A stretch of 32,000 bases of DNA from Acaryochloris thomasi RCC1774 (GTDB lineage: Bacteria > Cyanobacteriota > Cyanobacteriia > Thermosynechococcales > Thermosynechococcaceae), in assembly GCF_003231495.1 (NCBI RefSeq), contig NZ_PQWO01000005.1, forward strand, positions 270,001 through 302,000, read 5' to 3'. This document shows, piece by piece, positions 7,782 through 16,841 of this stretch. How positions within the stretch are numbered: position 1 is the first letter of the stretch; each line of letters begins with the position of its first letter. The position numbers and the translations under genes were made by a program. A model generated the notes under the pieces. It did no database searches and was not told where the DNA came from. It was given only the letters and a program-made list of their open reading frames with translations.

Positions 7782-10214
7782 TTAGCCCGCAGTCTTTTCT
7801 TCGAGCTTAAACTGAGCGACAGCGGCCTCTAGCTTTTGGGCAATCGTGGCTGTATCTTGCATGGATTTAGCCACTTGGGTCGATGATTCTGACCGCAGCT
7901 CTGACAGAAGTGCCATTTCCGTCATCAGGTCCGTCACCGTTCTGGACGTTTCCGTTTGCGTCGTCGTTGCCTCCGAAATCGACTGCATCAAGGTGTTGAT
8001 CTCTTGAGAACGATTGAGTACATCTGCTAGCTTGGTTTTGGTGTCTTCCACGAGGCGCGTACTATCCACAACTTGAGTGGTGCCGACTTCCATTGCTTCT
8101 GTTACTTCTTTCGTTTCAGCCTGAATCCCGGCTACAATCTGGGCGATTTCTTTGGTCGCAGCCGCAGACTGTTCCGCCAGAGCGCCGACCTGCTCGGCAA
8201 CAACCGTGAAACCTTGACCTTGCTCGCCAGCTCGACTGGCCTCAACACTGGCGTTAATCGCTAGCAGGTTGGTCTTCAGGGCGATTTCTTCAATCAATGA
8301 AACCACCTGAGAAATCTTTTGCGAGGATTCGCCCAACCGCTTAATTTTCTTAGAGGTTTCGCCTACGGTGTTGCGTAGACCGAGAATACTGTCTACTGTC
8401 TGATCCATTGCAGTGCTGCCTTCCTGGACCGTGGCGTAGGCTTCATCTGAAATGGTTGCTGCTTTACTCGCGTTGGCAGAAACATTCGCAATGGACATTG
8501 ACATCTGCTCAATGGAGCTGAGCGTATCTCGGGTCCGTTCCGTTTCTTGAATGGCTTGATCCGCCAGAGTCTGAACTGCATTTCCGTTCTCGTCTAGGGA
8601 GGAATTTACCTTAACCGAGGAATCTTTCACCTGTTCAGCGATGTCTTTAAGGTTGTCGATAATGGCGTTAAACAGGTCAGCAACGGTACTCATTTCCATG
8701 GAACTCAAGCTGGCTCGAACGGTGAGGTCACCATCCACCGCGTCGCCTACTTCGTCAAGGAGCTGGTAAATCTCCATTTCTAGTTTGTCGCGGGCCTCTT
8801 TCTGCTCTTTAGTGGCTTGCTCCTGCTTACCGAGCAGGTCTTTTACCTCGGCCACCATCGTATTGAAGGTGCGAGCCAGGGTTCGGGTTTCAATGGTGCC
8901 TTGCTCTTTGGCCTGCACCTCTAGGTTCCCCTCAGCGGCTTCGTCGGCAACGCCCGTAAGATCCGTGAGTGGCTGAGAGACTGTATTGGAGAGCCAGAAA
9001 ATAACGGCGACTACAACGGCACCCAGCAGTAAACCGATAATCGCAAACAATAGCAACTGGTTTCGGGCAACGGCGGCTTCTTCTGCAGTGGAAACGGATG
9101 CGATCGCAACCAGTTTTGTATTCGGAACAATCGACAGATTATAAAAACGACCTTGGTCGGTAAAGGCAGCAAAGACTAACTTAAACTCACCGGCCTCTCT
9201 TTCCGTTAGTGTGACGTCCTTCATGCCATCAATATTACTAATCTGTGCCTTCGTAGCGTTCAGATCTCCTGACTCTGCCTCGATATAGTCTTCAAGGAGA
9301 TTGGCCGCAGTCAAAATATCTGCGCCCCCAGTGATGTCTTGGTTTTCGGTATCGCTTCCCTCAGCAGAGATCGTATCAACAACCTGATTTGTTTCTAATC
9401 TCGGGTCTACAATTTGGACAATCTCTGTTTCCGTCAAGTTAGGAATAATCAGCTTACTAATCGCTTCATCCAGCTCTGTGGTCGGCAACGTGATTTCCAT
9501 CACACCGATCATGTTGCCCGCAACATCTTTAATTTGCTTAGCAACCCCCAAGACCGGCTCCCCGGTCACCTGATCTAATCTGGGTTCCTCAATGGCCTGG
9601 CCATTGGCTTTAGCCTGTTGCCACCAAACTTTCTCATTTTGGACAAACGTATCCGTGGGGCGACTAAAGCCCACATTAAAACCATCTTTGCTGGTGACGA
9701 CCACTCGGGCTAGATCTGCATTTTCCGTCACCCGCTTAAGGTAGCTATTTAGGGCTGCATTGGGCGTGAGCAGCTTATTTGCGAACTGCTGCTCAACCGC
9801 ATCAACAGGCTTCTGAGCCAGTCCTTCTGCGACCACCTGCTGATTACCCGCTTGGACTGCCTGTAGCAAAATGGGGTCACTGCTAATCAAATCAGGAAAC
9901 TTCAAGGTATCGGTCAAGAAAATCTCACTCGCCTCAGCCGTGAGTAGACTGACTTCTTCGAGCTGTAAAAGTGCCTTTTCCTTTAGCTGTGCTTCTGTTT
10001 GGGTATAGCCAACGGCACTTGCGATCGCCAACGGCGCCAGCGCTACGGGCACAATTGTTGTCAACAAACGACGACGCAGCGTGACTGCAGGCGCGGTCTG
10101 CCTTGCTACCTCTGTGTTGGCTGTTGGTGCCACAGGAGCCTCAACCTGTTCTTCCACAGTGACATGGCCGCTGCTAACCGCATTAGTGGTTACGAAATCC
10201 TTTTGAGTCGTCAT
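7782..10214 (-). CDS. Methyl-accepting chemotaxis protein with a periplasmic Cache-like sensor, HAMP and MA domains (PilJ/TaxD/HmpD type, no GAF/phytochrome)
   Basis: TM helices at about aa 50-70 and 386-408. The periplasmic stretch VVVTSKDGFNVGFSRPTDTFVQNEKVWWQQA...GEPVLGVAKQIKD..GNMIGVMEITL looks like a Cache/PDC fold. The signalling hairpin is conserved: EEIALKTNLLAINASVEASRAGEQGQGFTVVAEQV. Confidence 0.9.
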   Translation of the reverse strand: MTTQKDFVTTNAVSSGHVTVEEQVEAPVAPTANTEVARQTAPAVTLRRRLLTTIVPVALAPLAIASAVGYTQTEAQLKEKALLQLEEVSLLTAEASEIFLTDTLKFPDLISSDPILLQAVQAGNQQVVAEGLAQKPVDAVEQQFANKLLTPNAALNSYLKRVTENADLARVVVTSKDGFNVGFSRPTDTFVQNEKVWWQQAKANGQAIEEPRLDQVTGEPVLGVAKQIKDVAGNMIGVMEITLPTTELDEAISKLIIPNLTETEIVQIVDPRLETNQVVDTISAEGSDTENQDITGGADILTAANLLEDYIEAESGDLNATKAQISNIDGMKDVTLTEREAGEFKLVFAAFTDQGRFYNLSIVPNTKLVAIASVSTAEEAAVARNQLLLFAIIGLLLGAVVVAVIFWLSNTVSQPLTDLTGVADEAAEGNLEVQAKEQGTIETRTLARTFNTMVAEVKDLLGKQEQATKEQKEARDKLEMEIYQLLDEVGDAVDGDLTVRASLSSMEMSTVADLFNAIIDNLKDIAEQVKDSSVKVNSSLDENGNAVQTLADQAIQETERTRDTLSSIEQMSMSIANVSANASKAATISDEAYATVQEGSTAMDQTVDSILGLRNTVGETSKKIKRLGESSQKISQVVSLIEEIALKTNLLAINASVEASRAGEQGQGFTVVAEQVGALAEQSAAATKEIAQIVAGIQAETKEVTEAMEVGTTQVVDSTRLVEDTKTKLADVLNRSQEINTLMQSISEATTTQTETSRTVTDLMTEMALLSELRSESSTQVAKSMQDTATIAQKLEAAVAQFKLEEKTAG

Positions 10215-10307
10215 GATCGTTCCGTTTATAAATCAATAAAGAGTAAAAAAGGGCTAAGTCACATCAACGGCTAGCCAGCAGCTGACGAGTCACGGCGCAG
10301 CCTAGAG

Positions 10308-10886
10308 CTATGCCGTAGAAGAATAGAGAGACGGGGCTTCTGATAAAGTTTGGACGTCTAGGATATAGGTGAGCTGTCCATCTAGCTGACTGGTCCCCAC
10401 GACGTAGGGATTCAAATTGGTTGGGCAAAGCTCTGTTTTAGCCTGGAGCTGATTGGGTTCTAGGCGGACAACACCCTGAATGTGAGACACAGCTAACCCC
10501 AATAAAGTCTCGCCCTCAGCCGCTCCTTGATACTTAGAGCGGGGGACGCGAACAACAATCACAGGATATTGCCGTAGGCTCCCCATCGTAGAGGGATAGC
10601 CCAGCATCTGTGCCAGACTCACAAGACAGAGCACCTGCTCCCGCGAACTCATCAGCCCTATCACTGCTGGTGTCATGTTGGGCAGTGTGGTGACTTGCTC
10701 TGCCGCAACAATCAAAGATTCCTGCACAGCCCCCATCGGCACCAGTGCCCCCACGCCTTCAGTGAGGACAAAACGCAGATAGGGCTGCCCTGGCAGTTGT
10801 GTGGCCTGAAAGAGCTGTGGCAGCAGCTCCTGTAGTCGAGATAGAGAGGCCGTTGAGGCCGTTGAGGGCGCGGGTTGATCCGTCAT
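10308..10886 (-). CDS. CheW-like coupling protein (PilI/TaxW/HmpC type)
   Basis: 192 aa with a CheW-domain pattern (YLRFVL...ALVPMGAVQESL...TTLPNMTPAVIGLMSSREQVLCLVSLAQMLG). Its start abuts the cheY-like stop. Confidence 0.85.
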   Translation of the reverse strand: MTDQPAPSTASTASLSRLQELLPQLFQATQLPGQPYLRFVLTEGVGALVPMGAVQESLIVAAEQVTTLPNMTPAVIGLMSSREQVLCLVSLAQMLGYPSTMGSLRQYPVIVVRVPRSKYQGAAEGETLLGLAVSHIQGVVRLEPNQLQAKTELCPTNLNPYVVGTSQLDGQLTYILDVQTLSEAPSLYSSTA

Positions 10887-11252
10887 TTAGTTCATTGCTG
10901 CCCGAAGGGCGCTCACGAGTTCTTGCTTGGTGCAGGGCTTAGTGACATAGGCTTCAACCCCTTGCTTTGCTGCCCACATCCGATCAACATCTCGATCTTT
11001 CGCGGTGCAGGCCACCACAGGAATATCTGCTGTTTCAGGGTCTTTTCTGAGCTTCCGGGCTAGATCTAAGCCACCCATCTCAGGCATCATCCAATCCGTG
11101 ACAATGGCATCCGGCTTATTCTGCTTCACCTTCTCTAAGGCTTCGGCTCCATTGACTGCTGTCACAATGGTGTATCCCTCTTCCGTTAGATATTGGCAGA
11201 GCAGGTCCAGTTCCGCTTGCATATCATCGACGACTAAGATTTTGGCGCTCAT
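10887..11252 (-). CDS. Single-domain CheY-like response regulator (PilH/TaxY/HmpB type)
   Basis: 121 aa with the receiver signature KILVVDD...DAIVTDWMMPEMGG...KP. Confidence 0.9.
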   Translation of the reverse strand: MSAKILVVDDMQAELDLLCQYLTEEGYTIVTAVNGAEALEKVKQNKPDAIVTDWMMPEMGGLDLARKLRKDPETADIPVVACTAKDRDVDRMWAAKQGVEAYVTKPCTKQELVSALRAAMN

Positions 11253-11343
11253 GGGTTGTCCTTCGTGGTTCTAGATGAGGTTGAGGGAGATTTATAAAGA
11301 AAGCGAGATGTCAAGATCAACGATCACATAAATGTATTCTCAT

Positions 11344-12609
11344 TTACGCTGGCTTAGCATTGTGTGACGATAAATACCGCTCTACAAGACTCAGCAGCTC
11401 TGGTTGTGTAAAAGGCTTGGTGAAATAGTCGGTCGCCCCTGCCAATCTGGCTCGGGCTTTATCAATCAGTCCCGTATTCCCTGTCACCATAATGATGGGT
11501 GTCTCATCGAACATCGCGCTGCTTCTGAGTAAACTGCACAGACGGTAGCCATTGACCCTCGGCATCGTAATATCGAGCAGAATGAGGTCGGGTTTAATAC
11601 GAAAAATAATCGATGATGCCTGAATCGGATCGTTAACCGTGGTCACCGCATATCGAGTGCCTGCTAAAAAGCGCTCGATTTCAGCCAGAATGATGGGGCT
11701 ATCATCAATGCAAATGATCTTCGCAACGGGAGTCTCTTTCGACGGTGCTGCTTGAACAACCGGTGGCTTAGGTGCTCTGGGTATCTTTGGCAATGCATCA
11801 AACGGAGGTTGAGGGTTCCGCAAGAAGATGACGCCCTGTTCGATATAGGGGGCCAGCAGTTGAGCCACATGTAGCTCATCCTGCTTTATCAGGACAGAGA
11901 GCTGCCGGATGCTAAGCCCTCGGCTCATCAACTGCGCTAGTTTGGTTAGCGCCGCCGGCGCTAATTTCCCGCCTTTAACGGGTTTATTAATGTCACGAAA
12001 ATCTAATAAATAGGGACGCTGGTAGGGCGACCAAAGTGATGAACTGCATCCTTGCCAGCCCTTCATTCGCCGCTGCAAAAATTTGATAGTGTCTGCTACT
12101 TCTAAGAGCGGAGTCCCGCTGAGTACTGATGCGACCCATTTGGGTGTACTCGCGCCTTTCTTCCAGTTAGCCTGCCCTTCTCGCAGCCAAAAAAATGATT
12201 CCAAGGCATCTTGGGTTACATCTTCGATGAGCTGTTTAGCCTGCATTGAGTCCAATGCCTGCATCTCATCAAGCCAACACATTGATTGTTGAATTTTCTC
12301 GCGGATATGACTAATGTTGGAGGCTTCGCCAGCGGACTTGGCGACCTGTGGAACCTCTTTTAAGATGGGCAAAGCTCGTTCTAAACCCTGGCGGCAGAGC
12401 AGATAGCTTAGTTGTGCCAGGGTATGGGCGGCACAGTCAGCATATTGAAGATCGCCGTTAGATAGATAAATGTGCCAAACAGCCGAACCATAACTTGCCT
12501 TGAGAACACCCGTGGCCTGAGAACTCGATAACTCAATCAATAGCTCGTAGGGGTTAAAGATATTCCGTTCCATACCTTTGCTGTGTTTTAGGATGTGAAG
12601 GTTGCGCAA
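11344..12609 (-). CDS. PatA-type response regulator (N-terminal PATAN/DUF4388-like domain + C-terminal receiver), PilG/TaxP/HmpA type
   Basis: C-terminal REC domain (KIICIDDSPIILAEIERFL...DLILLDITMPRVNGYRL...KPF). The N-terminus (TGVLKASYGSAVWHIYLSNGDLQYA) looks like a PATAN domain. An alternative start is MERNIF at 12573. Confidence 0.8.
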   Translation of the reverse strand: MRNLHILKHSKGMERNIFNPYELLIELSSSQATGVLKASYGSAVWHIYLSNGDLQYADCAAHTLAQLSYLLCRQGLERALPILKEVPQVAKSAGEASNISHIREKIQQSMCWLDEMQALDSMQAKQLIEDVTQDALESFFWLREGQANWKKGASTPKWVASVLSGTPLLEVADTIKFLQRRMKGWQGCSSSLWSPYQRPYLLDFRDINKPVKGGKLAPAALTKLAQLMSRGLSIRQLSVLIKQDELHVAQLLAPYIEQGVIFLRNPQPPFDALPKIPRAPKPPVVQAAPSKETPVAKIICIDDSPIILAEIERFLAGTRYAVTTVNDPIQASSIIFRIKPDLILLDITMPRVNGYRLCSLLRSSAMFDETPIIMVTGNTGLIDKARARLAGATDYFTKPFTQPELLSLVERYLSSHNAKPA

Positions 12610-13086
12610 GCGTTCTTCTAATTGCCAAGTGCATGAGCATAAAAAGCTCTACTGCTTGCAAAGTTATCGATTTTAAAGGTGTTTCAGCCGCTTAATATAA
12701 GTTTGATTTTTTACGTCTAACATCAATTACCTTTGACTCAATTTACTTTTCTTAGTAAAACGACATAATTTACGCCGTCTGCCTATAATACCCAAAAAAA
12801 GCTGACCTTTATCTATTTTGTCGATTTTTCACATTAAATGTTGCCTGGGCCTCGGAAGCATAACTCTTAAAAAGCTATGACTATCTTTGCCCTGTTGGCC
12901 TCTTTCTAGCTTCTGATTGAGTGAATTTATTTAATTATACTGAGGCACTTTCTCGGAAGATGCGATTTTTTTTGTGAGGGGTGGACTCAAGGATTAATCT
13001 GTGATTGTGTCAGGCTGCAGCCTGACGGATCCTAAAATATTGTGAGAGCTAAAAATGCATAGGATATAGGTTTGTACTGATCGCCT
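12610..13086. promoter_or_regulatory. 477-bp AT-rich divergent intergenic/control region between the chemosensory operon and the ABC exporter
   Basis: This is the longest non-coding stretch in the window and is clearly AT-rich. It contains TATAAT at 12784-12789 (+) and a perfect 18-bp palindrome at 13009-13026. No transcription starts can be assigned from sequence alone. Confidence 0.4.
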
Positions 13087-14709
13087 ATGCCACTGCTTCG
13101 TCTGCTGCTGAAAAACTCAGGTTGGCTAGTGATACTGGCTGCGTTCACAGGATTGCTCGCGGGGGGCAGTAGTGCGGGCTTAATTGCCATCATCAATTTT
13201 GCGCTACTGCATTTGGATCAGCCACCGTCGTGGCTACCCTGGTCGTTCTTAGGCCTCTGCGGACTGCTGTCGGTCACCTATACGGTCTCTCAAGTTGTTC
13301 TGACGTCTTTGGCGCAGGATGTGGTGTATACCCTGCGACTGCAGCTTACCCGTCAGATTCTCAACTGTCCGCTGCAGCATCTTGAGCTGTTGGGGGTGCC
13401 TAAATTACTGGCCACGCTGACAGAGGATGTGGAGGCGATCGCTGCCTCTTCGGCTTCTGTCTCTATTCTGTGCACGAGTTCAGCGATCGTATTGGCTTGC
13501 TGGGTTTATCTCTGTTGGCTTTCACCGCTCCTTTTCTTAATCATGATTGGTGTTTCGGTCGTGATTCTCTACACGCTGCAGTTTTTGATTGCGGAAGGAC
13601 AGCGCATTTTTACTAAGGCTCGCAATGTTCAAGATCGACTCTTTCAGCATTTCCAGGCGGTGACGGTTGGAACGAAGGAGCTGAAGCTGCACTATGTTCG
13701 GCGACAGGCTTTTTTCGCAGAGGAGCTGGTGCTGACTTTGGGGGAGGTACGCAAGTACTGGCTACGGGGAATGGCGATGTATGCCCTTGTTGGAGGTGTG
13801 GGCTTTGCGCTGGTGTTTCTGATGGTGGGTTTGTTCCTTTTTGCGCTCCCTGCCTTTATGACGATTTCTGCATCACTGTTGACCAGTTATGTGCTGACTA
13901 TTTTATTTTTGATTACGCCTATCAATGGAATTTTGGGTTTGCTGCCTCAGGTTGCGCAGGCGAATGTGGCGCTGGCAAAGGTGGAGTCTTTGGGGCTATC
14001 TTTGGCGGCTCAAACAACTGAACGTTTCAAGATGAACGACTCGTCTCAGCCATCGTGGCAATCCTGGATGCTTGAGGGCGTGACTCACACTTATCTTGGA
14101 GGAGACCATCCCTTCTCATTGGGGCCGCTGACGCTTCAGTTCTGGCCTGGAGAGATTGTATTTATTGTCGGTGGCAACGGGAGCGGCAAGTCTACGCTGA
14201 TCAAATTGCTGACGGGTCTATATCAGCCTGAGTCGGGACAGGTTGTTTTTGACGGAGACGTGATTTGCGATCGCAACCGCGAACAATATCGCCAGCAGTT
14301 TTCTGCAGTGTTTGCCGATTTTTATCTTTTCGATCGCTTCTTAGGGTTAGAGGATAACAATGCCCAAACCTATCTGAAACTGTTGGAACTTGACCACAAG
14401 GTCAAAATTGAGAATGGACGGCTCTCGACGCTTAATTTATCCCAGGGACAGCGGAAGCGTCTGGCTTTGTTGACGGCCTATCTAGAGGATCGTCCGATCT
14501 ATATTTTTGATGAGTGGGCCTCTGATCAAGATCCGGTGTTTAAAGAGGTTTTCTATACGCAGTTAGTGCCTGCTCTGAAGCAGCAGGGAAAGACGGTGAT
14601 TGTGGTCAGTCATGATGATCGATATTTTGAGAGTTGCGATCGCATCATCAAGTTAGACTACGGCAAAATTCAGTCAGATGAGTTTAGAGGCAAGATGGAC
14701 AACATCTAG
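13087..14709 (+). CDS. Fused permease/ATPase ABC exporter of the YojI / cyclic-peptide-export family
   Basis: 540 aa: an N-terminal six-helix membrane domain, Walker A GGNGSGKST, signature LSQGQRKRLAL and Walker B IYIFDEWASDQDP. The DEWA(A/S)DQDP context is characteristic of YojI/SyrD/PvdE-type transporters. Confidence 0.8.
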   Translation: MPLLRLLLKNSGWLVILAAFTGLLAGGSSAGLIAIINFALLHLDQPPSWLPWSFLGLCGLLSVTYTVSQVVLTSLAQDVVYTLRLQLTRQILNCPLQHLELLGVPKLLATLTEDVEAIAASSASVSILCTSSAIVLACWVYLCWLSPLLFLIMIGVSVVILYTLQFLIAEGQRIFTKARNVQDRLFQHFQAVTVGTKELKLHYVRRQAFFAEELVLTLGEVRKYWLRGMAMYALVGGVGFALVFLMVGLFLFALPAFMTISASLLTSYVLTILFLITPINGILGLLPQVAQANVALAKVESLGLSLAAQTTERFKMNDSSQPSWQSWMLEGVTHTYLGGDHPFSLGPLTLQFWPGEIVFIVGGNGSGKSTLIKLLTGLYQPESGQVVFDGDVICDRNREQYRQQFSAVFADFYLFDRFLGLEDNNAQTYLKLLELDHKVKIENGRLSTLNLSQGQRKRLALLTAYLEDRPIYIFDEWASDQDPVFKEVFYTQLVPALKQQGKTVIVVSHDDRYFESCDRIIKLDYGKIQSDEFRGKMDNI

Positions 14710-14734
14710 CTCCGAGCGGACAGCTATTCGATGA

Positions 14735-15169
14735 TTACAATACCCTCTGCAACTCCTTTTTCAAAAAGAAACGACTCCTCCCTTCGGGAAAATCTGGCAG
14801 TTCTCCAAAGACAACGTACCCACATTTTTGGTAGAAATCTGGAGCTTGAAAACTGAACGTATCTAAATAGGCATAACGGCAATCTTGCTTTATCGCCTCC
14901 TGTTCAGCAGTGCTTAGGAGAATGCTGCCATAGCCTCTTCTTCGAAAAGTCTCATGTACCCACAGCATGTCAACATGCAGCCACTGTCGAGAAGTTTCTC
15001 CTACTAAACCGCCTACCACCTGCTGCTCTGTATCTCTTAAAAAGATAGCCAAGCGCCGATAGTTGCTCTCACCTGCATGACTTCTGTTGAAATGGGTAAG
15101 CTGTTGCCCCACAAATTCGATTTCGTTGGGTTGCGGATCAAAAGCAACTTCGATTTTTAGGTCCACCAT
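14735..15169 (-). CDS. GNAT-family N-acetyltransferase
   Basis: 144 aa with an acetyl-CoA motif A region (LWVHETFRRRGYGSILL) and a C-terminal FY.K.GY motif. Confidence 0.8.
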   Translation of the reverse strand: MVDLKIEVAFDPQPNEIEFVGQQLTHFNRSHAGESNYRRLAIFLRDTEQQVVGGLVGETSRQWLHVDMLWVHETFRRRGYGSILLSTAEQEAIKQDCRYAYLDTFSFQAPDFYQKCGYVVFGELPDFPEGRSRFFLKKELQRVL

Positions 15170-15268
15170 GCATTCATTCAGGTTTCAATAGACAGCAAGC
15201 GCCAGTATCTGAGTATCTAGAAGAGATTTTGAGAAACTCAGGCTCCAACGAACCGACTCCCCGTCTGA

Positions 15269-16078
15269 TTAATGGGTCTGAGCAGTCGTGCCAGAGAGTG
15301 AAGCAAAATCAAAGACTTTGGAATCGGCAAGTTGAGAGAGTTCAACATTTTGCAGGCTGCTCAAGAGACTCGCAGTCCGCCCCGGATACTCTTGTTCCCA
15401 AGACTGGAGCAACCGCTTCACCTGGACTCGCTGTAGACTGTCCTGTGACCCGCATAGCGTACAGGGAATGATCGGAAACTGTCTCAGATCTGCATAGCGC
15501 TGAATATCTTGCTCAGGGCAGTAGGCCAAGGGCCGAATTACAACATGGCGGCCATCATCGGTGAGTAACTTTGGCGGCATCGCCTCTAGCCTGCCTGCGT
15601 AAAACATATTTAAAAATAGGGTCTCAATTATGTCTTCGCGATGATGCCCTAGCGCAATTTTGGTGGCCCCTTCTTCGTTGGCAACCCGGTAAAGAATCCC
15701 CCGGCGCAGGCGAGAGCAGAGACCGCACATCGTTTTACCCTCCGGGATAATCCGCTTCACCGTGCTGTAGGTATCTTCTTCAACAACGCGGTAGGGAACT
15801 CCCAGCTTCTCTAGATACTCCGGCAGTATATGAGCCGGGAAGTCGGGCTGTTTTTGATCTAAATTGACGGCTAGAATCTCAAAGTCTATGGGGGCGCTAC
15901 GCTGGAGCGCTAACAATAGGTCCAACATTGTATAAGAGTCTTTGCCGCCGGAGAGGCAGACCATGATGCGATCGCCCGCCTCAATCTGGTTGTAGTCTCG
16001 AATGGCTTTACCAACGAGACCCCGCAAACGAGCCTGCAGTTTTTTCAAGCGCTTGGCTGGACTAATAGTCGCTTCCAT
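15269..16078 (-). CDS. ttcA: tRNA 2-thiocytidine(32) synthetase TtcA
   Basis: The PP-loop is [12 protein letters not shown]. The Fe-S cysteines are [10 protein letters not shown] and CTLCGS. Length (269 aa) and overall pattern are typical of TtcA. Confidence 0.85.
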   Translation of the reverse strand: MEATISPAKRLKKLQARLRGLVGKAIRDYNQIEAGDRIMVCLSGGKDSYTMLDLLLALQRSAPIDFEILAVNLDQKQPDFPAHILPEYLEKLGVPYRVVEEDTYSTVKRIIPEGKTMCGLCSRLRRGILYRVANEEGATKIALGHHREDIIETLFLNMFYAGRLEAMPPKLLTDDGRHVVIRPLAYCPEQDIQRYADLRQFPIIPCTLCGSQDSLQRVQVKRLLQSWEQEYPGRTASLLSSLQNVELSQLADSKVFDFASLSGTTAQTH

Positions 16079-16177
16079 TTAGGGGATCTTAAAGAGTACG
16101 AGGCCCATTTTAGCGAACCACCCTTTGACCTGAATATTAGACTTTTTGCATGAAGCCACTAAGGTTTCTACGTTCGC

Positions 16178-16205
16178 CTCCCACCAGATGAGCAGCTGGT
16201 GGGAG
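16178..16205 (-). terminator. Perfect 10-bp stem hairpin just downstream of the GNAT stop (candidate terminator, no U-tract)
   Basis: CTCCCACCAG (16178-16187), an 8-nt loop, then CTGGTGGGAG (16196-16205). It lies 9 nt beyond the stop at 16214 on the minus strand. Confidence 0.35.
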
Positions 16206-16213
16206 AGTAGTCT

Positions 16214-16744
16214 TCAGTAAGCACTCAACACTTGTTTCATCATTTCAATGCATCGGATTCGTAGGCCATCTTTCGTCACAAGATGGGATTCGTCCACGAT
16301 CTGATAGCCCTTAGCCTTATAGAAGGGGAAGGCTGTCAAGGAAGCCGTGACCCGCAAAGTCCTGATGTTTCGGGAGCATGCCAAGTGCTCGACCGCATCA
16401 AGTAACTGGCTTCCTATCCCTTGACGGTTGTAGAGAGGATGGATATAAACAGCACTGATGCGGTGTCCCAACAAAGAGGAGGCTCCAACCACTACATTCT
16501 CTAGCTCAGCAACAAACGTCGTTTCACCCCGATATCCACCGCGGCTGAAGTGGCTAATATTGCGATCAACGAGGGCTTCGATTTGATCTAATGAGTAATC
16601 CTTTACGCAGAGAACCCTCAACGCATCAATCTGGACCCGCAAGATTTTCAAAATCTCATCAGGTTGGGCTTGACGTACCGAAAGTGATGGAGTCAGAGAC
16701 TTGTCCATATTCTCGAATTTAAACGAAATGCTCAGGTTCGACAT
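16214..16744 (-). CDS. GNAT-family N-acetyltransferase, divergent from the ars operon
   Basis: 176 aa with motif A (VYIHPLYNRQGIGSQLL) and FYKAKGY. An alternative start is MDKSL at 16708. Confidence 0.75.
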   Translation of the reverse strand: MSNLSISFKFENMDKSLTPSLSVRQAQPDEILKILRVQIDALRVLCVKDYSLDQIEALVDRNISHFSRGGYRGETTFVAELENVVVGASSLLGHRISAVYIHPLYNRQGIGSQLLDAVEHLACSRNIRTLRVTASLTAFPFYKAKGYQIVDESHLVTKDGLRIRCIEMMKQVLSAY

Positions 16745-16776
16745 CTGCTGTGCTTGCTGACTAATCGCTCTCGGGC

Positions 16777-16808
16777 TTGACCTTATACATAGATATAGGG
16801 TTTACGAT
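16777..16808 (+). promoter_or_regulatory. MerR/CueR-type long-spacer promoter with an imperfect dyad operator
   Basis: The sequence is cTTGACCttatacatagatatagggtTTACGATt. TTGACC at 16777-16782 is the -35. A -10-like TACGAT at 16803-16808 (or TTACGA) follows after a 19-20 bp spacer. The dyad ACCtTATA....TATAgGGT spans 16780-16801. The layout parallels E. coli PcopA (cTTGACCTTccccttgctggAAGGTTTAACCT, quoted from memory). Confidence 0.5.
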
Positions 16809-16841
16809 TAAGCCATCTGCAACTCTCTTCCGGTTTAATTC

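Noticed and set aside
12960-13010. TGTGA motifs (tttGTGAggggtggactca, cTGTGAttgtgtcagg), considered as CRP/SYCRP1 sites upstream of the motility operon
   Set aside because: Neither has the matching TCACA half-site at the required 6-bp spacing.
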